From NCBI RefSeq assembly GCF_009914755.1, contig NC_060947.1: DNA of 64,000 nt; one strand, written 5' to 3'. Each line of letters opens with the position of its first letter. The stretch's first letter is position 1. This document shows positions 1-13,815 of this stretch, one piece after another. The notes beneath the pieces are model-generated. The model did no database searches, had not been told where the DNA came from, and saw only the letters and a program-made list of their open reading frames with translations. Source of the DNA: the human T2T-CHM13v2.0 reference genome, Homo sapiens. The position numbers and the translations under genes were made by a program.

Positions 1-261
1 ATAAATAAATTCATTAAATAAATAAAGTTTTCATGGTATAGGAAAACACAGATGCAAAGTTTTTGTGCCTAGTGGCTGGTAATGTTGCAAACGTAACTCC
101 TTAGTGAACTGTACCACTTAAAAATAGTTAAGATGGTAAATTTTAGGATATCTGTATTTTTTACCACAATTGGAAATTCCTTTCTTCCTAAAGTTCAGTG
201 CAGTTATCATATATTCTTTTAAATTTTTACTGTATGTATCTTCAAGACATAACATTCATAG

Positions 262-894
<633 letters not shown>

Positions 895-1495
895 TAATTT
901 TATTGATAGGATTTCTTTTTCTGATCCAGAGTCCAGTTGAGAATCACACCTTGCATGTGCTTTTCAGGTGTTTTTAGTTTCCTTTAACCTGTAATGTTTC
1001 CTTAATTTTTCTTGTCATTCACGATACGGACATTTTTGGAGAGGATAGACCAGTTGGTTTGCAGAATATTCTGCAGTTTGGGCTTTTTCATGTATTTTTA
1101 AAAGAGTTTTCTCACTCAGCGTTTATTGGTGGCTACTCATGCCATGTAAGAGTCTAAGCGCTAGGAGTGTAAGTGCTGTGAGAGACGCGATTTGAGCCTT
1201 GAGTCATTTAATATGAGAAGGACAATCAGAAGTAGAATAAGGAAGAAGTGCAAAGGAGGCAGCAAAGTTGTCTGAGGGCAGTCTTCGGAAAGGAGGAGGG
1301 TAATATTTGGAACACCTTGTTTTCCTGTTTTCTGCTAACGGACTCCTGAAATAATGTTCCTGGGATTCTTATCAACACATTTATTATTACGTTAGCTAAA
1401 GCTTTTATATAATAATACCGAGAGCATGAATATCATTTTCTTATTCATATTTTATGTTTTACTGCTTAAATTGATACGTATTTTTTATTTTTAAG

Positions 1496-1621
1496 GGCCG
1501 AAGCCTGAAGCTGATAGCCAGGAACAGGGTCACCCACAGACTGGGTGTGAGTGTGAAGATGGTCCTGATGGGCAGGAGATGGACCCGCCAAATCCAGAGG
1601 AGGTGAAAACGCCTGAAGAAG
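1496..1621 (+). CDS. GAGE1: GAGE internal coding exon 4 (126 bp): (G)[41 protein letters not shown]
   Basis: Acceptor ttttttatttttaag|G at 1495/1496 and donor GAAG|gtaggc at 1621/1622. The translation matches the GAGE family C-terminal half. Upstream exons lie outside the window. Confidence 0.95.
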
Positions 1622-1693
1622 GTAGGCAATCCATTAGGCATGCACATTGTAGGGTGTCTGTTTCCACAGTATCATATTGTAACTCTTACTATG

Positions 1694-1981
1694 TTTTTGA
1701 GACGGAGTCTCGCTCTGAAGACCAGGCTGGAGTGCAGTGGTGCCATCTCGGCTCACTGGAAATTCTGTCTCCAGGGTTCAAGTGATTCTCCTGCCTGAGC
1801 CTCTGGCGGAGCCGCGGTTACAGGCGTGCTCCGCCGTGCCCAGCTAATTGTTGTATTTTTAGTAGAGACAGGGTTTCGTTATGTTGCACAGGTTGTTCCC
1901 GAACTCCTGACCTCAGGTGATCCACCTGCCTCGACCATTGAAATTGCCGGGATTACAGGCGAGAGCCACTGTGCCAGACCC
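1694..1981 (-). mobile_element. Alu (GAGE intron 4)
   Basis: Antisense Alu consensus gagacggagtctcgctct...gagccactgtgcc. Confidence 0.9.
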
Positions 1982-2635
1982 AGCATTATATTTTTAGTAA
2001 GAGAGAGTTAACAATACTGCCTCTTTAGTAAAGAGTTCTTATATAAAGGTTATTTGAAATGTAGTTCAGGCCCCAGCACCCGAGTGATAGACTTTCAGAT
2101 AGGGAAACAAGCTGAGTCAAAGGTATGTTGAATTAAAAGTTTTGAGTATAAATCCTCAAACCAGTAGCTCATAATTTTCAAATGCTTTTGCAAAGGTCTG
2201 CTTTTAATCAATACATAACACATTTGTAACACCCATCACTTGGTGTGAAAAATGCTGAAGCACTCATGCGGGTTCTAATATCAGCTCTTACAGCCTTGGT
2301 GAGATTCTGAGTGAGTCCTTTCACTTCTAAACCTATCTTTGGTTGTTATGAAAATAGTGAGTTTAAGTCAGAGATTTTAAAACCATTTTCCATTCCGGTT
2401 CTTTCATACTCTGATCCTGTTGCATAGAATGCGTGGGACACAGAGATCATCTGCTTCGCATGGTTTGTTAATCACAAATCATGAAACCCTGGCCCGAGTC
2501 ATCTGAAAATCTCTGAATTGAGATTTCATTGTTAGTAAGAAAGTGAGGGGGCACTCTGCTTCATCCTAGTTTTTCCGTGTGGAGAGCTGAATACGTAGTG
2601 TAAGATCTTGTGAAATTGTGAATTCTCCCTCTTCT

Positions 2636-2856
2636 TGGTTTGTTTGTTTGTTTGCGACGGAGTCTCAGTCTGTCACCCAGGGTGGAGTGCAGTGGTGTAC
2701 TTTCAGCTCACTGCAACCTCTGGCTCCCAGGCTAAAGCAGTCCTCCCACCTCAGCCTCCTGAGTGGCTGGAACTACATGCACAAGCCAACGTACCTGAGT
2801 AAAATTTTTTTTTTCATTTTTGTAGAGATGAGGTCTCACTATGTTGCCCAGACTGG
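2636..2856 (-). mobile_element. Partial antisense Alu supplying the acceptor of the GAGE1 alternative exon
   Basis: Right arm plus start of left arm; the linker T-tract and tgtag form the 3' splice site. Confidence 0.88.
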
Positions 2857-2914
2857 GATTCTCTGGCTTTTAATGAACAATTGCTTCTTAAATCTTTCCC
2901 CACGGAAACCTTGA
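2826..2914 (+). CDS. GAGE1: Coding part of the Alu-derived GAGE1-specific alternative exon (full exon 2826-2968, 143 bp): (E)MRSHYVAQTGILWLLMNNCFLNLSPRKP*
   Basis: Acceptor ttttcattttTGTAG|AG inside an antisense Alu; donor CAT|gtaagt at 2968/2969. In phase with exon 4. The peptide and the 143-bp length match the known GAGE1 C-terminal variant. Confidence 0.88.
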
Positions 2915-3457
2915 GTGACTGAAATATCAAATGGCGAGAGACCGTTTAGTTCCTATCATCTGTGGCATGTAAGTCAGTGATGCTCAGCATGGGTGTGAGT
3001 AAGATGCCTGTGCTATGCATGCTCCCTGCCCCACTGTCAGTCTTCATGAGCCACTATTTCTAATAAGACTGTAGACACACATATGATATAATCATCTCTA
3101 ATCATATCAAATGTTACATGTAAATTTCAGCTTTAGAGACATGAATTGATAAGATTTAAAGTTGAAAGACCATGACTCTAGTCCTTCCTGAGTAATCAAC
3201 TGAAGTATATTTCACACATGTGTTTTCCAAATTGCTGACTGTTAATTGTAATTGCTTGTGACTTGAAAGGAAGCACTTGATGTTTAGGGAAGAAATTACC
3301 TTTAAATTCTGGAGGGCTACTCTCAAAGTGTATTCCGAGATTCAATTGGATATACGACAGAGGATCACCTTAGCGTTCTGTTTTTAGTCCATTTAATAAA
3401 ACCCAAACTGTAGTGTGCTTTGTATGCCTTTAGGGCCATCTAAATAATCTGTTGCTC

Positions 3458-3736
3458 AGCCGGGCGCTGTGGCTCACGCCTGTAATCCCAGCACTTTGGA
3501 GGCCAAGGCGGGTGGATCATGAGGTCAGGAATTGTATACCATCGTGGCTAACACGGTGAAACCCCGTGTCTACTAAACATACAAAAAATTAGCCCTTGTG
3601 GTGGCACGCGCCTGTGGTCCCAGTTACTCAGGAGTCTGAGGCAGGAGAATCGCTTGAACCCAGAAGGCGGACGTTGCAGTGAACCAGATTGCTCCACTGT
3701 ACTCCAGCCTGGGCAACAGAGTGAGACTCCATCTAA

Positions 3737-3780
<44 letters not shown>
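3458..3780 (+). mobile_element. Sense Alu with (AAT)n tail and 15-bp TSD
   Basis: TSD aataatctgttgctc at 3443-3457 and 3776-3790; tail converted to an (AAT)n microsatellite at ~3737-3780. Confidence 0.95.
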
Positions 3781-3781
<1 letters not shown>

Positions 3782-3823
3782 CTGTTGCTCTGTAATGTTC
3801 CCAACTGTTTTGTTTTGTTTCAG

Positions 3824-3846
3824 GTGAAGGGCAATCACAGTGTTAA
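3824..3846 (+). CDS. GAGE1: GAGE terminal exon, coding part (G)EGQSQC*; 3' UTR extends to ~3938
   Basis: Acceptor ttttgttttgtttcag|GT at 3823/3824, phase-compatible with exon 4; TAA at 3844-3846; typical GAGE C-terminus xQSQC. Confidence 0.92.
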
Positions 3847-3911
3847 AAGAAGACATGCTGAAATGTTGCAGGCTGCTCCTATGTTGGAAAATTCTTCATT
3901 GAAGTTCTCCC

Positions 3912-3917
3912 AATAAA
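3912..3917 (+). terminator. Polyadenylation signal AATAAA of the GAGE gene
   Basis: AATAAA 65 nt after the stop codon, followed by T/GT-rich downstream sequence. Confidence 0.85.
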
Positions 3918-3949
3918 GCTTTACAGCCTTCTGCAAAGAAGTCTTGTGA

Positions 3950-5270
3950 ATCTTTTGTCAATTTTATTTCTAGCTATTTGATGCTGTGAAATGTTTCATT
4001 CTTTGAAATTTTGTTTTCTATCTCCTTGAGCTGTGTGTAGAGGCATAATTCTCATGTATTGATTTTCTATCCAGCAACCTTGTTAAATATGCTTATGAAT
4101 TTTAAAAGTTTACTTCTAGGTTTTTTCAATTTTCAACCTACAGAATCATACCATTTTTGAATAAGAACAATTTTGTTTCTGCCTTTTTTGTTTGTTTTTT
4201 CTTTTGTATTTTTCGTAGAGGTGGGATTTTGGCCTGTGTCCTAGGCTTTTTTTGAACTCCTGAGCGCAAGTAATCCACTCTCCTTGGCCTTTCAAAGTGT
4301 TGGGATTACAGGCATGGGCCACCGTGCTGGTCCTGTTTTTGCCATTTTAAACCCTTTTATTTCCTTTTCTGATTTTATGGCATTGAGCAGATCTACCGGA
4401 TACAATTGTGATAGTGGAAATTTTTGTGTTATTCCTGATGAGAAATGGAAAAATTTCAACATTTCACGACAATATTTAGTGTACTTTTTTTGTAGATGGA
4501 CTTTTTCAGAGTAAGTCAAGCCATTCTGTTTTAGTTTGTTGAGAGTGTTCATTTTGAATATATGTTGAATTTCATCAAACACTGACCTGAGTCATCTTAA
4601 AACATGTGAATTGAGATTTCTTTGCTACTAAGAAAGTGAGCGGGCACTCTGCTTCATGTTTACTTTTGTCATGTTGCATGAAAAACATTTTGCTTCATGT
4701 TTGATTCTGTATGTTGAAAACTGAAATCATCTATTGTGATTACCACAGGGTTTTTTCCCCCAGTAATCTGTTTATGTAGTCAATTACGTTGATAAATCTG
4801 TACTTTTTAAATTTTAACAATTGAGACAGGTCTCACTCTGTCACCCATGCTGACTGCAGTAGTGTGATCACAGCTTACTGCAACCTCAACCTCCTGGGCT
4901 CAGGCGATCCTCCCACCTCACCCTCCTCAGTAGCTAGGACTATAGGTACATGCCACCATGCCAAGCTAATTTTTCTGTTTTAGAGATGGTATTTTTTCAT
5001 GTTGCCCAGGCTGGTTTTATACTCCTAATCTCAAGCCATCCACTAGCCTCAGCCTCCCAAAGTGCTGGGATTACAGGAATGAGTCACGGTGCCTGGAAAT
5101 TTTGTACATTTAAACCAACAATTTGGTCATGGGTAATCTATGTCCTAATAATTTATTTAAGGATTTTTATGTATATCCTCATGAGTGACATTACCTGTAC
5201 TTTTATTTCATATGCTCATTTGTTGGACGTTGTTATCAAGGTTCCTCTAGCTTCATAAAACGGGTTGGTA
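3950..5270 (-). mobile_element. Old L1M fragments interrupted by an Alu monomer (~4185-4332) and an Alu (~4820-5097)
   Basis: Degenerate antisense L1 ORF2 motifs (gattttctatccagcaaccttgttaaat; tgttgaatttcatcaaac) and Alu consensus. Confidence 0.6.
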
Positions 5271-6029
5271 TGTAAAACCTCTTTTTCCATTCACTGGAAC
5301 TCAAGTCTCCTCAAGGCTGTGAGTAATGCAGGGCTAGGCTTTCCCATAATGAGCTTTTCTAGAATGCTTCTCTCAGATTTGGACCCTACTTAAACAGCAG
5401 TGACCAAACGGGCAGCTCCAGGTACCTATCCCCTCAAACTTTGTGAGGGTCGCGTTCTCTGAAGATGCCTCTTCAATTTGAAAGCTATCTGTTCCTGTTT
5501 CTCTGCTGATATTAACTCTCTGTGCACAGAAAGTTAAACGTCACTGGTTATTAATTTCCCTAGATTTTGATCTGTGCTGTGTGGCTGAGAATGGGCTGAC
5601 TGACCCTAGATCTGTGTATAATTATGACAATGGCTCTATTTATTTTTAAAATAAGAGGAATTATTATAAAATTCCTATTTACTGGATGTGTACTATCTAT
5701 GAATTACTTCTTTGTGCTAGGTTGTGTACATGTATGACCTCTTTAGATCCTCACAAGATAAGGCAGAATTTTCATGAAATTGATGACTGACTCCAGTAAG
5801 AAGCAGATTTGGGGGGATTTCAATTTCTAAGCTCAAAGCCCTTGCACTTTTCTCAAAGTAAAGCTTTTGAAAGTGTTAAATGTACACGAACTGATGGTGT
5901 ATATGATGATTTTAGTTGTAATCTGATGTTTTCTTTAAAAATTTACATATACAAAAGTGTTTGACTCAAAAGGCTTTGTTCTTCCCTTAAAGGAAGCATC
6001 TACCAAAATGTGGCACACAAACCTTGCAT

Positions 6030-6500
6030 GGTGTCTCTAGGGCCTCCTACCCCGCATTTCCCCTGCTTTTTCTCTTGTTCTGACTGAAAAACAAAGTGCT
6101 TTGACTGTGCTGTGACCCAGCCAGCTGCATGTTTACCCAGCATGCTTGAACCCAAGCTGGAGCCTTGAACATAAAGGTGTTTAAGTTGTTGCTCAAAATA
6201 TGGAAAGAATCTAGCTCTGGCCTTGAACCAAATCCCTTAAACTCTCCTATAAAACTCCATAACCTGACCCCCTCAGTGCGGATATACCTAGGCATGACAT
6301 TCTTGTTGCCTGTTGCGAGGATGCTTTAGCCTACTCTAAGTTCTCCCAATAAATGCTTTGGACTGATCACCCTGGTGTTTAATGTTCCTTGGAAATCTTG
6401 ACAGGCCCAATCTCTAGTCGGTCTGGGGCACTACCTTGTGGGAACTCTCCTACTTCTGCTTCCTGCTCCGGCCGTGGATTTGGCTGGATGAAATCATTAA
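6030..6500 (+). mobile_element. Solo LTR-like element (family not assigned)
   Basis: TATAAAA at 6248-6254 followed by AATAAA at 6348-6353 in U3-R-U5 order; LTR-like composition. Ends uncertain. Confidence 0.55.
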
Positions 6501-7189
6501 TACAAAAACAAACATTTAAAAACGTTTTTTCATGATAATGTGCTTATTATGTTACAGAAAATATAACACTAAAGCCATTTGCAACAGTTTGTGGGGAGAA
6601 AGTTAAGAACGTGTGTCACAAATCGCATGGCAAAGTGCCACAACATCTCCTACAAACACATCTGTCCTTTGAAGTTACTCACAGGTGGGGAGGGAGCAGC
6701 CACAAATCTCTTTTTTTCTTCCACAAAATCCTCTGTTGGCTTGATAGTCAAGAGATCTCACTCAGAAGCCCCTCCTTGCTGCCCGATTCCAGACCTCTAC
6801 CGCTATTACTATACACAAAGACAGGTTACACCTCTGAGGTCTTGTTTCCATCTTCACAGCACCCCCCACCCCAAGAAAACAGTTCTGCCAAAAAAAAAAT
6901 CCTATTCAGAATCCACCCTGCTTAGGGAATGACAAGGGATTATAAACAACAGTGATTTCTCCCTCTTGCAGATGCTTAAAAATATTTCCTGATCCAAGAG
7001 GACTGAAAATCTATGATTCAAGTAAAGAGTGAGGCTAAATGCAGGGTATCTCAATTTACCCCAAATACATGAGGGGTCCCTTGGTTGTGGAGGTGGCAGA
7101 AAGGATTAGAACCTATATAGAAGAAAAGGGAAAGCAACCAGGAAAATTTGCTTAGACAAAATTACTTGGGTCCTACTTACACTGTCTCC

Positions 7190-7350
7190 TTAATAGGCAG
7201 TGGCATGAAATAGCCATGGGTTTCCATCCTGGCTCTGACACACTGACTTTGCAATGGTGAAATGGTGGGAAAGGTTCTTACATTCTTTGGGCCTGTTTCC
7301 CCATTTCTAAAGTACGAATTAAAATATTTACGCTAAATGATTGCTATGAA
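7190..7350 (+). mobile_element. MIR fragment
   Basis: Core-like tcctggctctgacac...tgggcctgtttccccatttctaaa. Confidence 0.55.
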
Positions 7351-7520
7351 GAATGAGATGCCAATACATATGGTGTTTCCCACGAGGGATATGTTCGGTG
7401 GGGCAGACAGACACATAAACAGAAGAGCAGTTGGGGTGCACACATACACACACACCCCGAAAGTGAATGGGGTAGCTAAGAAGCAAGAGAAAAACAAGGA
7501 GAAAAGCCTTGTGAGAGTGA

Positions 7521-8030
<510 letters not shown>

Positions 8031-8344
8031 TGACATCTGTGCCTCACACTTGAAAACTAAAATAACCAGAATGGCAGTATTGTGCTTATTCAAAAAGTAT
8101 TTATTGAGGGCTGTTTCTTTATCAGCTCCTTTATATATGAGAAGACATCAGCAAATTAGCCAATGTAGCCCCTAACTGAGAAATGATCTAAGAAAGTAGC
8201 AGTGTCCCAGATTCATTATAAATGTAAAAGTGTTTAATATTTATAAAATATTATATATTCACTATAAATACAAAAGTATAAAAGGTAATACATTGGTACT
8301 AGATGCTTCTGGGCAAAGTGCGTGGTGAAGGGCACAAGCCCTCT

Positions 8345-8815
8345 GTGACAGATCCCCAAGACAACCTTCAGCTTGATGATCTTCCAGACGCACAGGATTC
8401 AGAAGTTGTTATACTCACAGTTATAATCTATTAAAGTGAAAGGATACAGATTAGAATCAGCAAAGGTAAAAGGCACATGGGGTGAAATCCAGGAGAGACC
8501 AGGGGCAAGATTTTAGGTGTTTTTTCCCAGTAGAGTGATACAGGGACACGTTTATATACTGTCCCAGTAACGATGTGTGACAACACGTGAAGTATTATCA
8601 ACCAGGGAAGCTCACCTGACCTTGGTGTTCAGGGTTTTTATTGGGAGTCACGTAGGCATGCAAAACTTGTGTAACTGACCTCAGCTACTCAGACTCTAGC
8701 CTTCCTGAGCAAAAACAAACATTCACCATAAATCACATTGTTAAACAAACTTATTGGATCCCACTGTTAACAGTGTGGCCCAAAGACTCAGGCATAAAAA
8801 ACACTCTTATCAGGC
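8345..8815 (-). mobile_element. MER21/MER77-like ERVL LTR
   Basis: Motifs ttatactcacagttat, aaaggatacagatta, cagggaagctcacct...cagggtttttatt recalled from this LTR group. Confidence 0.6.
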
Positions 8816-9206
8816 AGTCCTGCTGAGTTAATCCTTTCCTGCACAAACTCCTCTAAGAGAACAGAAGTTTGCAAAGAGAGATTTCCTGTGATGTCTCATC
8901 TGCAATGTATTATTTCCAGTAAGCAAATTACTAGTTTAATAATGGCTACACTTAAGTAAGCAAGGAGCATGTCATCATCTCTCTCTCTCCCAACAATAAC
9001 AACAGCAGCAACAACGAAACAATGCAAAAACCAACAACAAAAACTTGTCTGAGAATCAGCTGCTGGGAATCAGGCTCTGTGCCCTGGGCTAGAAAGACTG
9101 AGGATCGAGAAATGATTCATGCAGGATAAGAGTTATCACAGAGCTCAGAGTCTACTCCCAGGGGATGATGTGTGTTCTAAGTACTGCTGCACTGTAAATA
9201 ACTTTT

Positions 9207-9541
<335 letters not shown>

Positions 9542-9555
9542 AGTAAATAACTTTT

Positions 9556-9907
<352 letters not shown>

Positions 9908-10229
9908 TAATCTCTGTTCATTATCCCCCTTTTCATTAAAAAAATAAAAATCTCACTGCTCAATTATTCTCATGTTATAGATGAGGTAACGAGATCAGAG
10001 AAGATAAGTATCTCATTCATGGTCAAGTCAGTAGTCCCTGGTGCAGCCAGTTTTCAACCTAGGACTCTTGGAACACCCATGTACTTTTCATTATAAGCAT
10101 TTTTTGTGCTCTTAATATCGTCTTCTGTTTTAATTCACATTCGCCATAAATACAGTTCCTTGCTCAGCTTGCCCCCAGAGTCCCTTTTTATTTTACAGCT
10201 TTATTGCTAAAGTGCCAACATGTTTTTCA

Positions 10230-11090
10230 GAGGCTGAGACATTTTGCACTCTTACTAGCAGTGTATGAGGGCTGCATTTGCTCTACATCTCCATGAACAC
10301 TTGATACTACCAGTTTTTTACATTTTAGCCATTCTAATAGGTGTGTAGTCATACCTCCTTGCAGTTTTAATTTGCATTTCAACACGTTGAACATATTTTA
10401 TTTTTTTCTCTCTCTCTCTTTTTTCTCTCTCTTTCTCTCTCTCTTCTTTCTCTTTTCTTTTCTTTTTCTTTCTTTCTTTCCTTGAGTCTTGCTCTATTAC
10501 CCAGGTTGGAGTGCAGCGGCATGATCTCAGCTCACTGCAACCTCTGCCTTCTGGGCTCAAGTGATTCTCCCTGCCTCAGCCTCCCAAGTAGCTGGGACCA
10601 CAGGCGTGTGTCACCATGCCCCCGCTAATTTTTGTATTTTTAGCAGACACAGGGTTTTGCTGTTTTGGCCAGGCTGGTCTCAGACTCCTGAGCTCAAGCG
10701 ATCTGCCAGCCTCAGCCTCCCAAAGTGTTGGGATTACAGGTGTGAGCCACCGCACCCAGCCAGGGAATTTTCTTTGCCAGGGAATTTTCTTTTCTATTCT
10801 TCTTCTTCTTCTTTTTTTTTTTTTTTTTTCTGACAGAGTCTCGTTCTGTCGTCCAGGCTGGAGTGCAGTGGCACCATCTTGGCTCACTGCAACCACTGCC
10901 TCCGGGTTCAAGCAATTCTCCTGCCTCAGCCTCCCGAGTACCTGGGATTACGGGTGTGCACCACCATGCCTGGCTAATTTTTGTATTTTTTTAGTAGAGA
11001 CGGGGTTTCACCATGTTGGCCAGGCTGGTCTTGAACTCCTAACCTCATGTGATCTGCTGGCCTCAGCCTTCCAAAGTGCTGGGATTACAG
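10230..11090 (-). mobile_element. L1M fragment (~10230-10400) followed by two antisense Alus (~10400-10761, ~10793-11090)
   Basis: L1 motif ttttagccattctaataggtgtgtagt...tttgcatttc; Alu consensus. Confidence 0.85.
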
Positions 11091-11295
11091 GAAATTTTCT
11101 TAATCTAATTCTAGACCATTTTTATTAAGACTTTATTTTTATATTGTTTCACTCCTTTTGCCTATTTATTCAACTTTCTGGAAGGTTTGCTTACCTGGCT
11201 TTTTCAAGTCTTCCCATTGAATGCTTTTTATTAACTACCTGATTTCCAGGAAATTTTTAGAAATCTACTTTTGTTTCACCTTTGTAAAAAGCAAG

Positions 11296-11675
<380 letters not shown>

Positions 11676-12719
11676 CAAAAATAATTCTACTTTTTCTGAC
11701 TTAATGGATGCCTAAAACATAGACGTACAGCTTACCCAATTAAACTCTCCTTGTTGAGTTCTGATACCAGTATCATGGCAACTTCCTACAAAATAATGGA
11801 AAGTCATTCTTTCCCTCCCCAGTGGAAGGGTTCACATAGCCCTGGAGTTGTATGGTGCCCATAGACTTTCATGCCCTGACATTCCTCAGCCTTGACAACA
11901 ACCTAAATGTTTTTATTTTGTTTTGTTTTTGAAAAGGATAAACGATGGCCTGTGGAGACAGGGATTTTTTAGTTGTATCAACATGGGAGTGCTTTCATTG
12001 AGCTAATCTCAGTTTAGGGCAAACTGAAAGTCAGGGAAACTGGCTGATGCCTGTTTTTCTCCCTGTTGCTCAATGATTGTCTTTGATTCAGAAATTTGAG
12101 TGTGGAGGCACTTGAAGGGAAGATGGAAATTGTGGGCAATGGTGAAAGGTGGGAAGATTTTTTTTTTTTCTTACAGAAAAAGATAGACCCATGAAGTTTG
12201 GTTTATTTAGATTCCAGTCTACCCATTAAAGGTGTCTGGAATTGTCTTCTTATTGTTCAGGCTTTGGATCACAGACCTCTGTCAGGAACTGTGTGGCTGC
12301 ATCAGAAGCCATGCAGAAGACAGGTTCTAGCCCCCATCAGCCAGGGCACCTGGCAGAGGAAATATTAACCTAGGCTACTGGGATTATTGTCCCAGGTAAG
12401 GTACATAGTTATTATACACAAACTGGTCTATGTCACAGGGAATGAAGGCCTCAGGAGGACCACAACCCTACCCCACCCCTAGACTTGTCTATTGGGTGTC
12501 ATGACACTGAGACATCCACGATGAATTCCGAAGAGAGGTACCAGCTCCACCAGGCTGCTCAGGCCAAGAGTCTCAGGTCAATGAGGGCTACAGGCATCTG
12601 AAATTCCAGAACTCGCAGGATGAGTGTTTGCAGAAGTTGTGGCACCTCCTCCTCCTTCACCAAAACTGTCTGCTTTGGTATACTGGTAACAGCCATTGAT
12701 TAGTTTTAAAAGTTTATTT

Positions 12720-13815
12720 ATTTTAAAATTGTAATAAAATACATATAACATAAAATTTACCATCATGGCTTTTTCTTTTCCTTTTTTTTTTTTTTTTTTT
12801 GAGAGATTGTCTTGCCCTTTTGCCCAGGCTAGAGTGTAGTGGCACAATCATAGCTCACTGCAGCCTTAAACTCCTAGGCTCAAGTGATCCTCCCGTCTCA
12901 GCCTCTTAAGTAGCTGGGACTACAGGCATGAGCTGCCATGCCCAGATAAGTTAAAAATTGTTTTTTAGAGATGGGGTCTTTCTATGTTCCCCAGGCTGGT
13001 CTTGAATTCCTGGCCTCAAGCAATCTTCCTGCCTCAGCCTCCCAAATCCCTGAGATTACAGGTGTGAGTCACCAAGCTCAGCCCATTTTAGGCATTTTAA
13101 AGTGTACAGTTCAGTAGCATTAAGCACATTTACATCATCTATCATTTTCAAGAACTTTTTCACCTTGCAAAGCTGAAACTGTACTTATTAAACCATGACT
13201 TTCTATTTACCCTTCTGTCTCCCTCTTTCACTCCTGATATTGGTTTTATGTCTTCTCTTTGTTTTTTGTTTTTTTGTATTTTTGGTCAGTCTGGCTAGTT
13301 AGATCAATTTTATTAATCTTTCCAGGGAACTAGCTTTTGGTTTCATTGATTTTTTTTCTATTGTTATTCATTTTCAATTGTCTTGATTTCTTCTCTTATC
13401 TTTATTATGTTCTTCCATCAGCTTGCTTTAGGTTTATTTGTCTTTTTCTCATTTTGTAAGGTGGAAGCTTAGATGTGAGGCTTTTGTTTCTATTTTTTCT
13501 TCCTATTGTCCAAACCCAAGCTTTCATTTCTAACGTAAGCATTTCATGCTATAATTTTTCCTCTAAGCACTGCTTTATGTCACAAATTTTGATGTGTTGT
13601 GTTTTTGGTGTCATTTAATTCAAACTATTTTCTAAACTGCTTTGCGACTTATTATTTGGTTATAAATAGGTTATTTATAAGTATGTTCAATTTCCAAATA
13701 TTTGGAGATTTTCTAGATATTTTTGTCATTGATTTCTAGTTTAGTTTCATTATAGTTAGAAAACATCCTGTGCATTATTTCAGCTCTTTTAAATGTGTTT
13801 AGATTTTTGTTATGA
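12720..13815 (-). mobile_element. Old L1M fragments containing an antisense Alu (~12770-13084)
   Basis: L1M motifs (ttttaaagtgtacagttcagtagcattaag; cctctaagcactgcttt; tttccaaatatttgg) plus Alu. Confidence 0.75.

Noticed and set aside
1579-1785. [20 protein letters not shown]...
   Set aside because: Only read-through of GAGE exon 4 past its splice donor into intron and Alu.
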